From Octopus vulgaris (taxonomy: Eukaryota): a stretch of 64,000 nt of DNA. The stretch's first letter is position 1. Every line of letters begins with the position of its first letter. The position numbers and the translations under genes are program-made. The stretch covers positions 38,874,001-38,938,000 of the forward strand of contig OX597821.1 of NCBI GenBank assembly GCA_951406725.2. The letters run 5' to 3'. The notes beneath the pieces are model-generated. The model was given only the letters and a program-made list of their open reading frames with translations. It made no database searches and had not been told where the DNA came from. Of this stretch, positions 40,321-53,006 are shown one piece after another.

Positions 40321-40616
40321 GCTGCAGCCATGTTTCGCATCTGAACATATTTCTTATCATCCAGTGATGCCAGCTTCTAAATCGACAGACTCTTGTAAAA
40401 AACTAGCTTGCCAAATCCAGACATGCCTACAGGAAAAGAGATTCCAAGAAGCAAAATGCCAAGAAGTTATTAATCTAATGCTTAAATGTTGTGAAAAATA
40501 TGGTGCTAAGTCCAACTGCTATGATTTTTAAGGACATGTGGAAAGAATTTTCTAAAACTAACAGCCAATAACCAATAAACATTGTTCTGCAAAAAAAAAA
40601 AAAAAAAAAAAAAAAA
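40321..40616 (+). pseudogene. CMC4: processed retrocopy of Cx9C-motif protein 4 (p8-MTCP1); ORF 40367-40531, 54 aa
   Basis: MPASKSTDSCKKLACQIQTCLQEKRFQEAKCQEVINLMLKCCEKYGAKSNCYDF* has the CMC4 Cys spacing (C-x4-C-x4-C-x10-C-x9-CC...C). It is intronless, with AATAAA at 40574-40579 and A26 at 40591-40616. Confidence 0.88.
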
Positions 40617-40944
40617 CAGACTGTACACACATAAATCAAAAGCTAACTCATCATTTAGGCTCTGACTGAGCTGGCACATGATCAAAACCATTCCAGATAT
40701 GACCATTTCATCTTTATTCAAGTATGACTACCAAAGACTACTTTATGTTCCCTCTGCTGTTTCTCTTTTTAAGACACTAAACTGTGACATGGCTGCCTTT
40801 TCTAGCAGGTCAAGCAGACACCTAGAGATTTCCACAATGATTTTTTCAATAACCATGTGTGTTCTTGTTAGCTGATATTTCTACAAAGTTGTATTGTACG
40901 TTTTTTTCTTTTTTTTTTTTCTTTTTTTTTTTACTTCATCCACC

Positions 40945-41158
40945 AATCCGATCTTGGCCGCTGCCAGCCTCGCCTGGCACGTAAAAATCACCCACTACAC
41001 TCACGGAGTGGTTGGCGTTAGGAAGGGCATCCAGCTGTGGAAGCACTGCCATATCAGACTGGAGCCTGGTGCAGCCTTTCTGGCTTCCCAGATCCCCGGT
41101 CAAACCGTCCAACCCATGCTAGCATGGAAAGCGGACGTTAAACGATGATGATGATGAT
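40945..41158 (+). mobile_element. RTE 3' tail
   Basis: GGAGTGGTTGGCGTTAGGAAGGGCATCCAGC...GGACGTTAAAC(GAT)n. Confidence 0.85.
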
Positions 41159-41345
41159 ACACACAAATCAAATTTTTATATATAAAAGATGGAGGTGGAA
41201 GTAGCACCTCCTATTTTCACCGCCATCATCATCATCATCATCATCATCATCATTTAGCGTCCGTTATATATATATATATATATATATATACATACTATCA
41301 TCATCATCATCAACATCATAATTTAATACTTGTTTAATGATGATG

Positions 41346-41383
<38 letters not shown>

Positions 41384-42189
41384 TAGATAGATATATGCAC
41401 ACTCATACACACACACACATAAATAAAGAGAGGCACACACATATCTTAAAAGTGTAAAGATAAAGTAAAAGAGAGAGAGATCTCAAAATGAGAGTTTAAT
41501 AGTTTCTCCCATATTTCAACAGTACTAGCAACAATGTTTACCTAAAACCAAGCCACATCACTCTGGAAGGCACAGAGAATGGAGAAACAAGCTGCTTTGT
41601 GCATTATCACTAATATTAGATATATTGTCAAGTGAATGGGCTACAGCAAATGTAATAAAGCTGAGGTCAACTAAACTTGACCATTGCATTATCTCAGCTG
41701 AATGTTGTGCTAGATGCACATGTCAATAATTGCTGTTTTGTATTTGTGTCATGTAATATAGAGTTGCATGATGTGAACATCACAAAGGGTTATATTTGGA
41801 TGTCAGCGATGACTGTGTGTGGTGCAGAAATTTGGCAGTTATGCATTTAACACGACATCAAAGTCCCAACATAGATAGAAAGAAGAAAGTTTGTTTGATA
41901 TTCTGGAGGAATTTATTGTCTGCGGTTGGATTCTATAGAATGGAGATGATAGAAAGAAATGTAGAATGGAAGAGAATAGAATAACAGAAGAGTTAGTCTT
42001 GTGTGGTTGAGATTGTAGACATCAAGGAGTTAGGTGTTGACAAATTTGATAAATTTCTTTATTTTCAGGTGTAAATCACATCTCTATTCACGAATAAGAA
42101 ATATACACATGTAATATATGTTCCCTCATTGTGTGTGTGTGTGAGCATGTCTGGCTGGCTCCGTGTGAAGAATACATTATAAACACACA

Positions 42190-42247
42190 CATATACATAT
42201 ACATATTTATGTATGTGTCTGTGTATATATATGTATGTATGTGTGTC

Positions 42248-42338
<91 letters not shown>

Positions 42339-42344
42339 TAATAT

Positions 42345-42443
<99 letters not shown>

Positions 42444-42477
42444 TGTATATATATATATATGTATGTATGTATGTATG
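42190..42477. repeat. (TA)n/(CA)n/(TATG)n microsatellites
   Basis: Directly visible. Confidence 0.97.
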
Positions 42478-43255
42478 TCATCATTGTTTAGCATCCATTT
42501 TCCATGCTGGCATGGGTTGGACGATTTGACAGGAAACTGGCAAACCAGGAGGCTGCATTAGGCTCCAGTCTGATCTGGCAATGTTTCTACAGCTGGATGC
42601 CCTTCCTAATGCCAACCACTCTGAGAGTGTAGTGGGTGCTTTTTATGTGTCACTGGCATGGGAGCTAGTCAGGCGGCACTGGTATCAACCACATTCAGAT
42701 GGTGCTTTTTATGTGCCACCAGCACCGGAACCAGGCAGGGCTGTCATTGACCATGTTTGGATGGTGCATTTTATGTGCCACCGGCACAGGGAGCCAGTGA
42801 AGTAACTCTGGCAGTGACCTACGCATGAATGAATAGTGCTTATTGCATGCCACCAGCACAGGTAACGGCCACAACTATAATTTCCATTTGATTGTGATTT
42901 GACTTTTGATTTTGATTTTGGTTGACTCAATAGATCTCCTCACGCATGGAATGTCGCCCGACAATTCAAGTTATTTTTTAAATGGGCTGGTTATGCAACA
43001 CTGGAGTAGGCTACAGCTGTGATGTCACTTTACTTGCTGGGTCTTCTCAATCATTGCCTCTTTCGTCATTGCCACTGTGAGGCCTAACGTTTGAAGGTCA
43101 TGCTTCAATGCCTCATCCCATGTTTTCCTGGGTCTCCCTCTTCCATAGTTAGGGAGTGACACTTCTTCACACAGCTCTCCTCATCCATACATAGCTCATG
43201 ACCATACCAATGCAGATGTCTCTCTTGCACATCACATCTGATGCTTATGTCAAAC
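42478..43255 (-). mobile_element. RTE 3' fragment
   Basis: Tail at 42478, UTR repeat units, and ORF end homologous to 22540-22790. Confidence 0.85.
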
Positions 43256-43307
43256 ATTTCTCATATATATATATATGCACACACATACTCACATGCACAT
43301 ATATATG

Positions 43308-43351
<44 letters not shown>

Positions 43352-43699
43352 CACTCACACATATTTATATGTATGTATATATATATATCTATATGTATGT
43401 GTGTATACACGCACATGATAGATAACTTTGGAAACATACTTTTGCCACCATGGGTAATATCAGGAAATATCATTTATACATAATAATCATAATTAAACTT
43501 TTTTTATCAAATTTTTGAGTGCTTAAACAAAATGACAAAATGAATCCTAATTTTCAAAAGGAAGTTATTTATTACCATAAAATAAAATAAATTAAAACAA
43601 ATTTCTCATTTGTAGATCTCCTTCCATATTGAATGCAATATTTTTGAAATGAATAACTTTATTGTAATAATAAAAATAATTGATTTTAATTTATGTACA

Positions 43700-45170
43700 A
43701 GTCCAGAAATGTTGAGGGGATGGGGGTCAGTGAATAACATTGACCACAGTACTTGACTGGTATTTGATTTATCAACCTCAGAAGAATGAAAATAAAAGCA
43801 GAACTTGGTGGTATTTAAACTCAGAATGAAAGAGGCCATAATCATATATCTCTTTCTATTACAAGCATAAGGTTTCAAATTTGGAGGATGGGATTTAACT
43901 GATTGCATAACTGGTACTTATTTAATCGACCCCAAAAGGATGGAACGCAAAGTTGACCTCGGTGGAATTTGAACTCATAACATAGCGACAGATGAAATAC
44001 TGCTAAGCATTCTGCCCAGCATGCCATAATTATATAATGCAAGACATTTTGGCCATTATTGTAACAATTCTATTGTTTACAACATAAGTACAATCTTGGG
44101 AGCAGGGTGTTAGTCACCTGTATTAACCCTATGAGTTGACTGGTACTGTATTTTGTCAATCTCTTTTACTCTTTTACTTGTTTCAGCCATTTGACTGTGG
44201 TCATGCTGGAGCACCCCTTTAGTTGAGCAAATTGACACCAGCATCGGTTATCAAGCGATGTTGGGGGACAAACACAGACACACAAACATATACACACACA
44301 CACATATATATATATATGTACATATATACGACGGGCTTCCTTCAGTTTCCGCCTACCAAATCCACTGACAAGGCTTTGGTCGGTTCGAGGCTATAGTTGA
44401 AGACACTTGCCCAAGGTGTGACGCAGTGGGACTGAACCTGGAACCATGTGGTTCGTAAGGAAGCTACTTACCACACAGCCACTCCTATGCCTATAGAAGG
44501 AAAATTGCAAAATTGACCTCAGTGTAGTTTGAATCAGATCACTAAGAATTGCATCAAAATATTGGTTTCAAATTTTGGCACAAGGCCAGCAATTCTGGGG
44601 GACGGAATAAGTTGATTGCATTAACCCTAGTTATTTTATTGACCCTGAAATGATGGCAGGCAAAATCGACATCGGCAGAATTTGAACTTAGAACATAGAG
44701 ACATGAAATACTGCTAAGAATTTTGTCCTGCATGCTAATTGTTCTGCCAACTTGCCACCTTAGAATTGGTTCAAAATATTGGAAAGTGTTTTGTCCATCA
44801 TTATAATGGTTCTACTAATTTGCCTCCAGATAAGGATGATGATGATGATGATGATGATAATAATAATAATCCTTTCTACTATAGGCCTGGAATTTTGGGA
44901 GAGGGGTCAGTCAATTATATTGACCCCAGTGCTCAACAGTTACTTATTTTAACCAACTCCAGAATAATCATAATAATAATCTAATTTAGATGTAAGACTT
45001 GTAATTTTGAGGGGAGGGGCTTAGATGATACCATCGATTCTAGTAACTGACTGGTATTTTATTATATTGATCCCAGGTAGATGGAAGGCACAATTAACTT
45101 TGGCAAGATTTGAACTTGAAATGTATTGAAGCGGAACAAATATCACTAAGCATTTTGTTTCACACTTAAA
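43700..45170 (-). mobile_element. cluster of co-oriented degenerate family A SINEs with a nested family B SINE (44162-44487)
   Basis: Repeated ACTGGTA(C/T)TT.ATTT.AT(C/T)GACCC...GAATTTGAACT motifs at about 43750, 43910, 44140, 44630, 44930 and 45050. Confidence 0.7.
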
Positions 45171-45218
45171 TGAGTTTATCAAATGCCGTTGTCGTCATCG
45201 TCATCATCAGTATCAGTA

Positions 45219-45257
<39 letters not shown>

Positions 45258-45955
45258 GGCATATGCACTTATATAAATATATGTTTGTATTCAAATGTTA
45301 TCTTGTCCATCTGGTCTGTTTAACTCATTTATGAAGCAACATTACATTTGAAAATTGTTGAAAATATCTTCAAAAGCAGCACAGCCCCACTCCCTCCTCA
45401 CATCCCCCTACTGCTTTCATTTTCTCAAACCTCACATCCTTCTCTTCTCCTTTCCTTTCAACTCCCTCACTCTCTCTCTCTCTCTTTCTCTCCCTTTCCT
45501 CTCTCTCTCTCTCACATGCAAACAAACACAAATAAATAACATTTTTCAGTTATTCTTTATTATGAAGTATAAGTTTATCAAAACATGTTTCTTTCCTTCA
45601 CTGCTATCCAAATTGGTTTGGTATAGTTACTAGATTATCAACATTGCTGAAGGTTAAAGTTTTAATAAGACAGTTTTGAAATCAGATTACATTGAACAAT
45701 TTCAATCTCGTTCTTTTATCTTTTTTTCTTCCTTTCATTTTCCTTTGTTTTTATCAAAATACATTTTTACTTATTTTTGCGTTCCTCACTTTATTAAATA
45801 AATGTTTCAAATTTAATTTCCAATGAACAAATTCTTTTCTTTTGCTTCCTTTCCTAAATTAAATTCTATTAATGTACTTCTGTTCTTTTGGAAGTATATA
45901 TTATGACTTTGCTAGATTATTAAGGCAAAATTTCTCATTTTTGTTTAATTGTAGT

Positions 45956-46003
<48 letters not shown>

Positions 46004-46289
46004 TATATATATATATACATATACATACACAAACAAACACACACAAACATGAGTATATATTTATATGTATGTGTATATATATATATGTGTGTGTGTATGT
46101 GGGTATGTGTGTATATATATATGTATGTGTGTGTGTGTGTGTGGCTATGTGAATTTGTCTATCTATATATAAAAGAATGTATGCATTTTTTCCACTGGTT
46201 GAAAATGTTTGGCTCATATTCCAAATGTCTCTATTTATGAATTGAATATTTGAATTGAATACAGAGAGAAACATGATGATATCTTCTAT

Positions 46290-46333
<44 letters not shown>

Positions 46334-46580
46334 TTATACACCCACACACACACATTTACATTAGCATGGTTGTGCATGCACATATATACATGCATCTATG
46401 TGTGTGTGAGTGTGTGTGTACCTCTTTAACTAGCTGCACCTTGAGAGCTGCATCAATGCTGGGTCACTGCCATTCGCTTTGCTACATCTTTACTATGCTG
46501 GTCTCTCAGGCTTTTGGGGAGGTTACTGAAGGACTGTGAGCCCCATATATGTGTGTGTGTGAAGTGTGTGTGTGTGTGTG

Positions 46581-46619
<39 letters not shown>

Positions 46620-47436
46620 AATACTTCACATAAGCATAGAGATACTAATAATCTGGCGTGTGATGAACTTTGTTAGCTTAAAACTGTTTCTACCACAAGA
46701 TGCAAGGCTCTCATAGTGGAGTACTTGTGTATCACTATATAGTATTGTCAGATGTTCAAAAATGAAGTGCAATATTATTTCAGAGATTGTTTATATATAT
46801 GTGGAAAACATCACCTTGTCCATCCCATGCCAGTATGAAAAACGGATGTTCAACAATGATGATGATGATACCCATTAAAACAAAAAAAAAAAAAATGAAG
46901 GTGATAGATAACGTGATACACAATCTTTCAGCTCTGAGTGCATTGTATCTTATAGCAGAAATAGCTGTAAGCCTATGAAGTTCATTTCACAATTTCTTCT
47001 TCTCTTGTCATTTATTTAATTTAGTGATCAGCAATTCTTTATGAAGCTGTTCGCAGCCATATCCATATCTGTTACATGTCCATACCAACACAATCTTCTC
47101 TCTTGCTCACTACATCTGATTCCTCTGATACCCAGTATTTCACTCAGCACCTTTCTGCTAAGTCTTTCATGCACACTCACATTGCACAGCCAACAGATCT
47201 TGCTTTGTTTCTTTCTAGTCTTCTCATCTCCTCCACATTCAAGGCTCATCCCTCACTACTATGCAGCATTGTATCATACAACCTACCCGTCATTCTAAAG
47301 AAAGGACCTCTGTTATCACCAATAGTGATAACTCACTGAAATTTCTCCAACCCGTTCTTACTTTGGCTGCTATACTTTCAGAGCAATTGGCTATTTTGCT
47401 AATTTCATCTCCAAAGTAACAAAACCCATCAACTAT

Positions 47437-47749
47437 ATTTAAGAAATGAGGAATTATGCACATTATTTACATTTGATGGATATTTGTCCTCATATGGTGT
47501 AGTGGTTAAGAGCGCAGGCTACTAACCCCAAGATTCCGAGTTCGATTCCAAGCAGTGACCTAAATAATAATAATAATAATATTAATAATAATAATAATAA
47601 TAATAACATCATCAAAAAATATCTTTGGAATGAGAATCCAGGTTCAAAATTTCCCCAAGACACCTGATGACGGCTGGAGGGTATATCAGCCGAAACATTG
47701 TGTTAGCAACAAACAAGGTGAGGGCAAATATCTGTCAAATGTAAACAAT
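47437..47749 (+). mobile_element. short retroposon: inverted end + tRNA-like Pol III head + (AAT)n + hammerhead motif; 13-bp TSD
   Basis: TSD ACCCATCAACTAT at 47424-47436 and 47750-47762. A-box TGGTGTAGTGG at 47495-47505 and B-box GTTCGATTC at 47540-47548. 47462-47492 is an inverted match to 47719-47749 (27/31). Confidence 0.85.
47660..47703 (+). ncRNA. minimal type I hammerhead ribozyme motif (Penelope-type)
   Basis: ACAC-CTGATGA-C-GGCTG-GAGGGTATAT-CAGCC-GAAAC-ATT-GTGT gives stem I ACAC/GTGT, the CUGAUGA core, stem II GGCTG/CAGCC, GAAA and a vestigial stem III. Confidence 0.75.
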
Positions 47750-47965
47750 ACCCATCAACTATTCTTAGTGAGCCGTCTGAACATTTCAGAGATTATTTCC
47801 AGTGTGCTCTTATGTACTATTCCAATGTGTCTATCTCATATGGAACTAACATTCTTGAAGAGTCTGTGTATCAGTCCATTACATTTCTTGTGTGTACCTA
47901 CATATATAGATATATATCATATAATACATACATACAAATATACTTTTAAAATATACCTGGACTCG

Positions 47966-48319
47966 TGATCATTACCTACGTCGCCTTACTGGCACTTGTG
48001 CTGGTGGCATGTGAAAAAACATTTGAGCGAGGTTGTTGCCAGTGCTGCTGGACTGGCTCCTGTGCAGGTGGCACATAAAAAAGCACCATTTGAGCGTGGC
48101 CATTGCCAGTGCCGCCTGACTGGCCCTCGTGCCGGTGGCACGTAAAAGCACCCACTGCACTCTTGGAGTGGTTGGCGTTAGGAAGGGCATCCAGCTGTAG
48201 AAACTCTACCAGATCAGATTGGAGTCAGGTGCAGCCATCTGGGTCACTAGTCCTCAGTCAAATCATCCAACCCATGCTAGCATGGAAAGCGGACATTAAA
48301 CAATGATGATGATGATGAT
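47966..48319 (+). mobile_element. RTE 3' UTR plus (GAT)n tail
   Basis: Colinear with 23027-23383. Confidence 0.87.
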
Positions 48320-48647
48320 CTAATATGGCTAAAAAGTATATACATACTTATATATGTTGGTATGCATGTGTGCTGTGAATAGCTAGATAAAGAGATAGAG
48401 ATAAAGAAGAAAAGAGAGTGAGGTGGAGAGGAGAAGAGAGAGAGGGAAGAGGGTAGAGAGAAAGTGAAAGGGATTTAAAGAATGTGAGGCATAATTTACG
48501 GAACAGGATATACATGTGATACAAATAAATGCATGCAAGCATCCAAACATTGTATATTTGTATGTGTGTACATACATAATACATCCATAACGTAAGCTAT
48601 ACGTACAGAAAAAGAAGTACAAATTTTTGAATAGTTATATAAAAATA

Positions 48648-48860
48648 TTCTTTTCTACTCCAGGCACAAGGCACGAAATTTCTGGGGAGGGGGCCAGTCG
48701 ATTAGACAGACCCCAATACACAACTGGTACTTAATTTATCAATCCTGAAAGGATAAAAGGCAATGTCAACCTCAGCGGAATTTGAACTCAGAACGTAAAG
48801 ACAGATGAAATACCGCTATGCATCTCACCTGGTGTGTTAACGATTCTGCCAACTTGCCAA
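48648..48860 (-). mobile_element. family A SINE
   Basis: Reverse complement of the head and core of 20064-20230. Confidence 0.78.
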
Positions 48861-49052
48861 CTTAGTTTAATAGAAATATTGATTAATATAACCACTCACT
48901 CGCTTTGAAATATGTAGATATCTGTACAGACGCTCATTGAACATTATACACACACACAAACAAATAAATGTCTGCATATGTGTGTGTGTGTGTATATATA
49001 CATATGTATATATAAATCTATGTGCATATGTTTATATAAATATTTAGTTATG

Positions 49053-49336
49053 CATGCATGTATCCCTCCCTCCCTCCCTTTCTCTCTCTCTCTCTCTCTC
49101 ACACACTCTCTCCATATATATATATTTATGTTATGAACTTAATTATGTATGTATGTATTTGCAATTTTGCACTTCTTATTTGCAGCTCTCATGAAGCTGT
49201 AGGATGTTATTCAGGAACCCAGCTATGAGTCCTCAGCATCTCATAGCAGAAACAGCTATAAGCTAATTAAGTTTCTAATATAAATATATATATATGGGGA
49301 GGGTGTGAGAGAGAGAAAGGGAGGGATACAGGCATG
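49053..49336. repeat. ~120-bp repeat core (recurs at 50757-50890) flanked by ~75-90 bp inverted arms
   Basis: 49053-49145 is an inverted match to 49264-49336, differing mainly in microsatellite length. The core has a GCTATGAG/CTCATAGC hairpin followed by AGAAACAGCT. Confidence 0.75.
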
Positions 49337-49821
49337 AACTCCCTGTTCTTCTAAACACCTACGAAATCTCTAACTTGCTTTGTAATTATGAGTGCTCCTA
49401 ACCTTGTGTGTGCGTATGCTCACATTTTTGCTAATGCTTGTATGAGCGTGTGTACTCTTGCCATGCTGCTTGCCCAAGGGTGTTTATACATCCGTATCAG
49501 TTAATGGTTATTTTCAATGCCTTTCTCGCTGGTTTAAGTGTTCGTTTCTCTCTTTGTCTTCTACAATTTTATTTTTGGATCTTCTATATATCAGAAAAAT
49601 TTTCCTCCCTTTGGCTGTTTTTCTCTCTACAAAATGGAAAGTTGCATTATGGAACAGTTATTTTAATGAGATTTTTTATTTATTCATCACCTAATGAGCT
49701 ACTCCTGAACCAGATTTTGTGTGTCCCACAAGAGGAGTCGATGTTGGATGTGTCGAAACAATTGTTGTAATTAATAATATATTCTCATATATTCCATCTT
49801 CTGTCTTTCATTTGTTATATA

Positions 49822-50195
49822 TCTCTATACATATAAAGCTGAAGTTGTCTGTGTATGGCAGGTTTGGTAGCCTTCAACTAACACTATCTCCTCCGAGACC
49901 TTGCAGTGCAAGTTAATCAGCATTGACACTATGATAGAAGAAGGCTTGCTCTTCCTTCCGTTGAAGAAAAGATTCAAATCGGACCATGTTAACGACAAAA
50001 ATTATTTACATCAAGAAGGTGCTTTTTTTCTATGAAAATCCCTATTTTTTTACGATTGTTTGACTGCTGTGTCACCATTTTTCAGTGTATTTTAACCAGA
50101 AAAATGTTCACTTAAAGACAATAATTTTTGCTTTTCAAAAATTCCAATTCTAAAGGGTCGAAACAAACCAGAGCAACGCCAGGCGATACTGCTAG
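49822..50195 (+). mobile_element. non-autonomous Helitron
   Basis: A|TCTCTATACATATAAA 5' end and a GC-rich subterminal GAGCAACGCCAGGCG followed by CTAG|T; A-T target with no TSD. Confidence 0.75.
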
Positions 50196-50304
50196 TATAT
50201 ATATATATATATGGACTGGTGCAGCCTTCGGGCTCCCCAGACCCCAGTTGAACCGTCCAACCCATGCTAGCATGGAAAGCGGACGTTAAATGATGATGAT
50301 GATG

Positions 50305-50335
<31 letters not shown>

Positions 50336-51079
50336 AATATGGAAGAACGAGTGTACTGGAAGCTTTATTTAGTGCACAACGATCATTTCAGCTTACTTCT
50401 GTACTGCTCTCTAGAGGGTTGGGGGGATGATGTAAGGGAATCGAATGCACCCCGTGGTGCAGAAGAAACCTCCTCATGCCACATAAAGTAGTTTACTGTT
50501 ATAAGTTGTCCTGGATGACAAACCTTGGGTGACACTTGGTAGCTGCATGTAGTGAACATGCTTTGCAGGCACCCTGCATTCCTATATCCTGTTTGGATCA
50601 GCTCTTGTTCCTGCATAAACACACACGCACACACACATCATCATCATCATTTAACGTCCGTTTCTATGCTAGCATGGGTTGGATGGTTCGACCGGGGTCT
50701 GGGAAGCCAGGAGGCTGCACCAGGCTCCAGTCTGATCTGGCAGTGTTTCAGACTGTAAGTATGTATGTATTTGCAATTTTGCACTTCTTATTTGAGTTTC
50801 TCATGAAGCTGTAGGATGTTATTCAGGAACCCAGCTATGAGTCCTCAGCATCTCATAGCAGAAACAGCTATAAGTTAATTAAGTTCATAACATAACCATC
50901 ATTTTTCCTGTGTCAGCTCTTGTTCCTACACACACGCACACACACACATGCTAGAGTAAGCACATAAATGTGAAACAAGGTGGGAAAAAATAGTACTCAA
51001 TTACTGGAGGTAGAGTAATATACTTTCTTATTAAAGCAGTAAAAGCATGACAAAGAAACTGCTACTATGCAGTTTTAAT

Positions 51080-51167
51080 AATATATATATATATATATAT
51101 GCATTTACATAATCACACACACACATGTATGTATGTATATATATGTATGTGTATATATATATGTATG

Positions 51168-51225
<58 letters not shown>

Positions 51226-51444
51226 TGTATATATGTATGTATATATGTATGTATGTATATATGTATGTATATATGTATGTATGTATATATGTATGTATGT
51301 ATATATATATGTATGTATATAAATATGTATGTATATATATATGTATGTATGTGTATATGTATGTATGTGTATATGTATGTATGTGTATATATATATGTAT
51401 GTGTATATATGTATGTATGTGTGTATATATATGTAAATATATAT

Positions 51445-51500
<56 letters not shown>

Positions 51501-51510
51501 GTATATATAA
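51080..51510. repeat. compound (TA)n/(TATG)n microsatellite
   Basis: Directly visible. Confidence 0.97.
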
Positions 51511-52131
51511 TTATTGATGATGATGATGATAATGAGATGCAATTGTTGATAATTATTATCAGTCAGAATTAATATAAATGTTAAAACAATTTTCTCCAGA
51601 TGGTCTATCACTTATTTTTGTATGTCTTTCTTTCTTTCATTCATTTATTGTAGATAAATAGATAAAAATGTTATCTTCGTGGCATTCACTCTTTAAATTG
51701 TCAAAAATGTCAGAGAGAGCATAAAGAAAATGCAATAATATTTTGTGTTTCTCCTCCTTCATTAGAAAGGCATCTGTTGCATTCGATTTTAGTGTTTCTT
51801 TCTTCTTGGTTGTTATTGAAATGCTCCAGAGAATTTTACTAATTCTTCTTTTATCAGAATTATTTTTGTTACATTGAGCTTTAGCAATTTTTTGGGCTCG
51901 ATAACTTTATTTTTTAAAAATTGTTGTTTTTTGCTTGTTTCTTTTCCCTTTCCCTGATAATTTAATTTTCATTTTCATCTTTCCTAATAAATTGTCTTTG
52001 TGTGTGTGTGTGTGTGTGTGCATTTTCCTGCTGGTTTAATTTAAAAATCAATTAATTTCTGATTAATAAACACACACACACACACATACACACACATGCA
52101 TATCACATATATAATACACACACATGTGTGT

Positions 52132-52179
<48 letters not shown>

Positions 52180-52819
52180 AATATACAGATATATAGCTAC
52201 ACACATCCAAATACATGCATGCATATATATAATATTAGTATTATATGTTATTCATGCTTGTTTCTTAGTTTATTATATCTTCTCTCTCTTGCACTTTTGT
52301 GTTGAATCGTTGAAAGCAAATACGCAAATATAAAGCCTTCATTGGGTTTTTTTTTTTATAGAAGAAGGTGACAACCAGAAGAATTGATTAGATATAAAAA
52401 GAATCAGTTGAAATAAAAGAAAATTGTATAGAAGTGTCAGCTTGATGTCTCTTGTTCAATGTGGAGGAGGTAACATCCAACATGTAATTGTAAGCAAGTA
52501 TCTATATGAATATATGTGTGTGTGTTTCATTATTCAGTTTATTTCAAGATTTCTTGCCAATAGAGAAAGAACTGGTTTCTAACCCAGATCCAAGGCTACA
52601 GGGTATTTTTGTTTGTTTGTGTATGTATGTATGTATGTATGTATGTATGTATGTATGTATGTATGTATGTGTCTGTATGTGTGTGTCTGTCTATACTTTA
52701 TGTGCATGTCCTTACATTCATTTTTTTCCATTTTTTAATTCATTTATTGGAATTATTTATTTATTTGAATTTACTATATAGATATGTATGTATGGATGGA
52801 TGGATATGTGTGTGTGTGT

Positions 52820-53006
52820 CACCATGATAGATCGCTAGCCACTACACACATTTTTTTCTCTCCTTGTTTCTTTCTGTATTGCTTTCTGTGGAAGAGTGTA
52901 GGCTCGAAACGTTAAAGATTTTTCCAATTCCCAAGCGTTAAACCAATACATCTGTTTGTTATCTACACCACCTGTCTTCGTCTTTTGTTTTTTGTGAATT
53001 CTCCCT
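52820..53006 (+). mobile_element. Penelope-type terminal repeat fragment with a degenerate hammerhead (52882-52917)
   Basis: CTTT-CTGTGGA-A-GAGT-GTAG-GCTC-GAAACGTT-AAAG keeps the stems and the AACGTT palindrome, but core A6 is changed. Confidence 0.55.

Larger units (their letters stand above)
47028..47898 (-). mobile_element. old RTE ORF fragment interrupted by the 47437-47749 insertion
   Basis: The minus strand reads THKKC (finger), IVDGFCYFGDEIS and CWLCNVSVHERLSRKVLSEILGIRGIRCSEQERRLCWYGHV. Confidence 0.8.
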
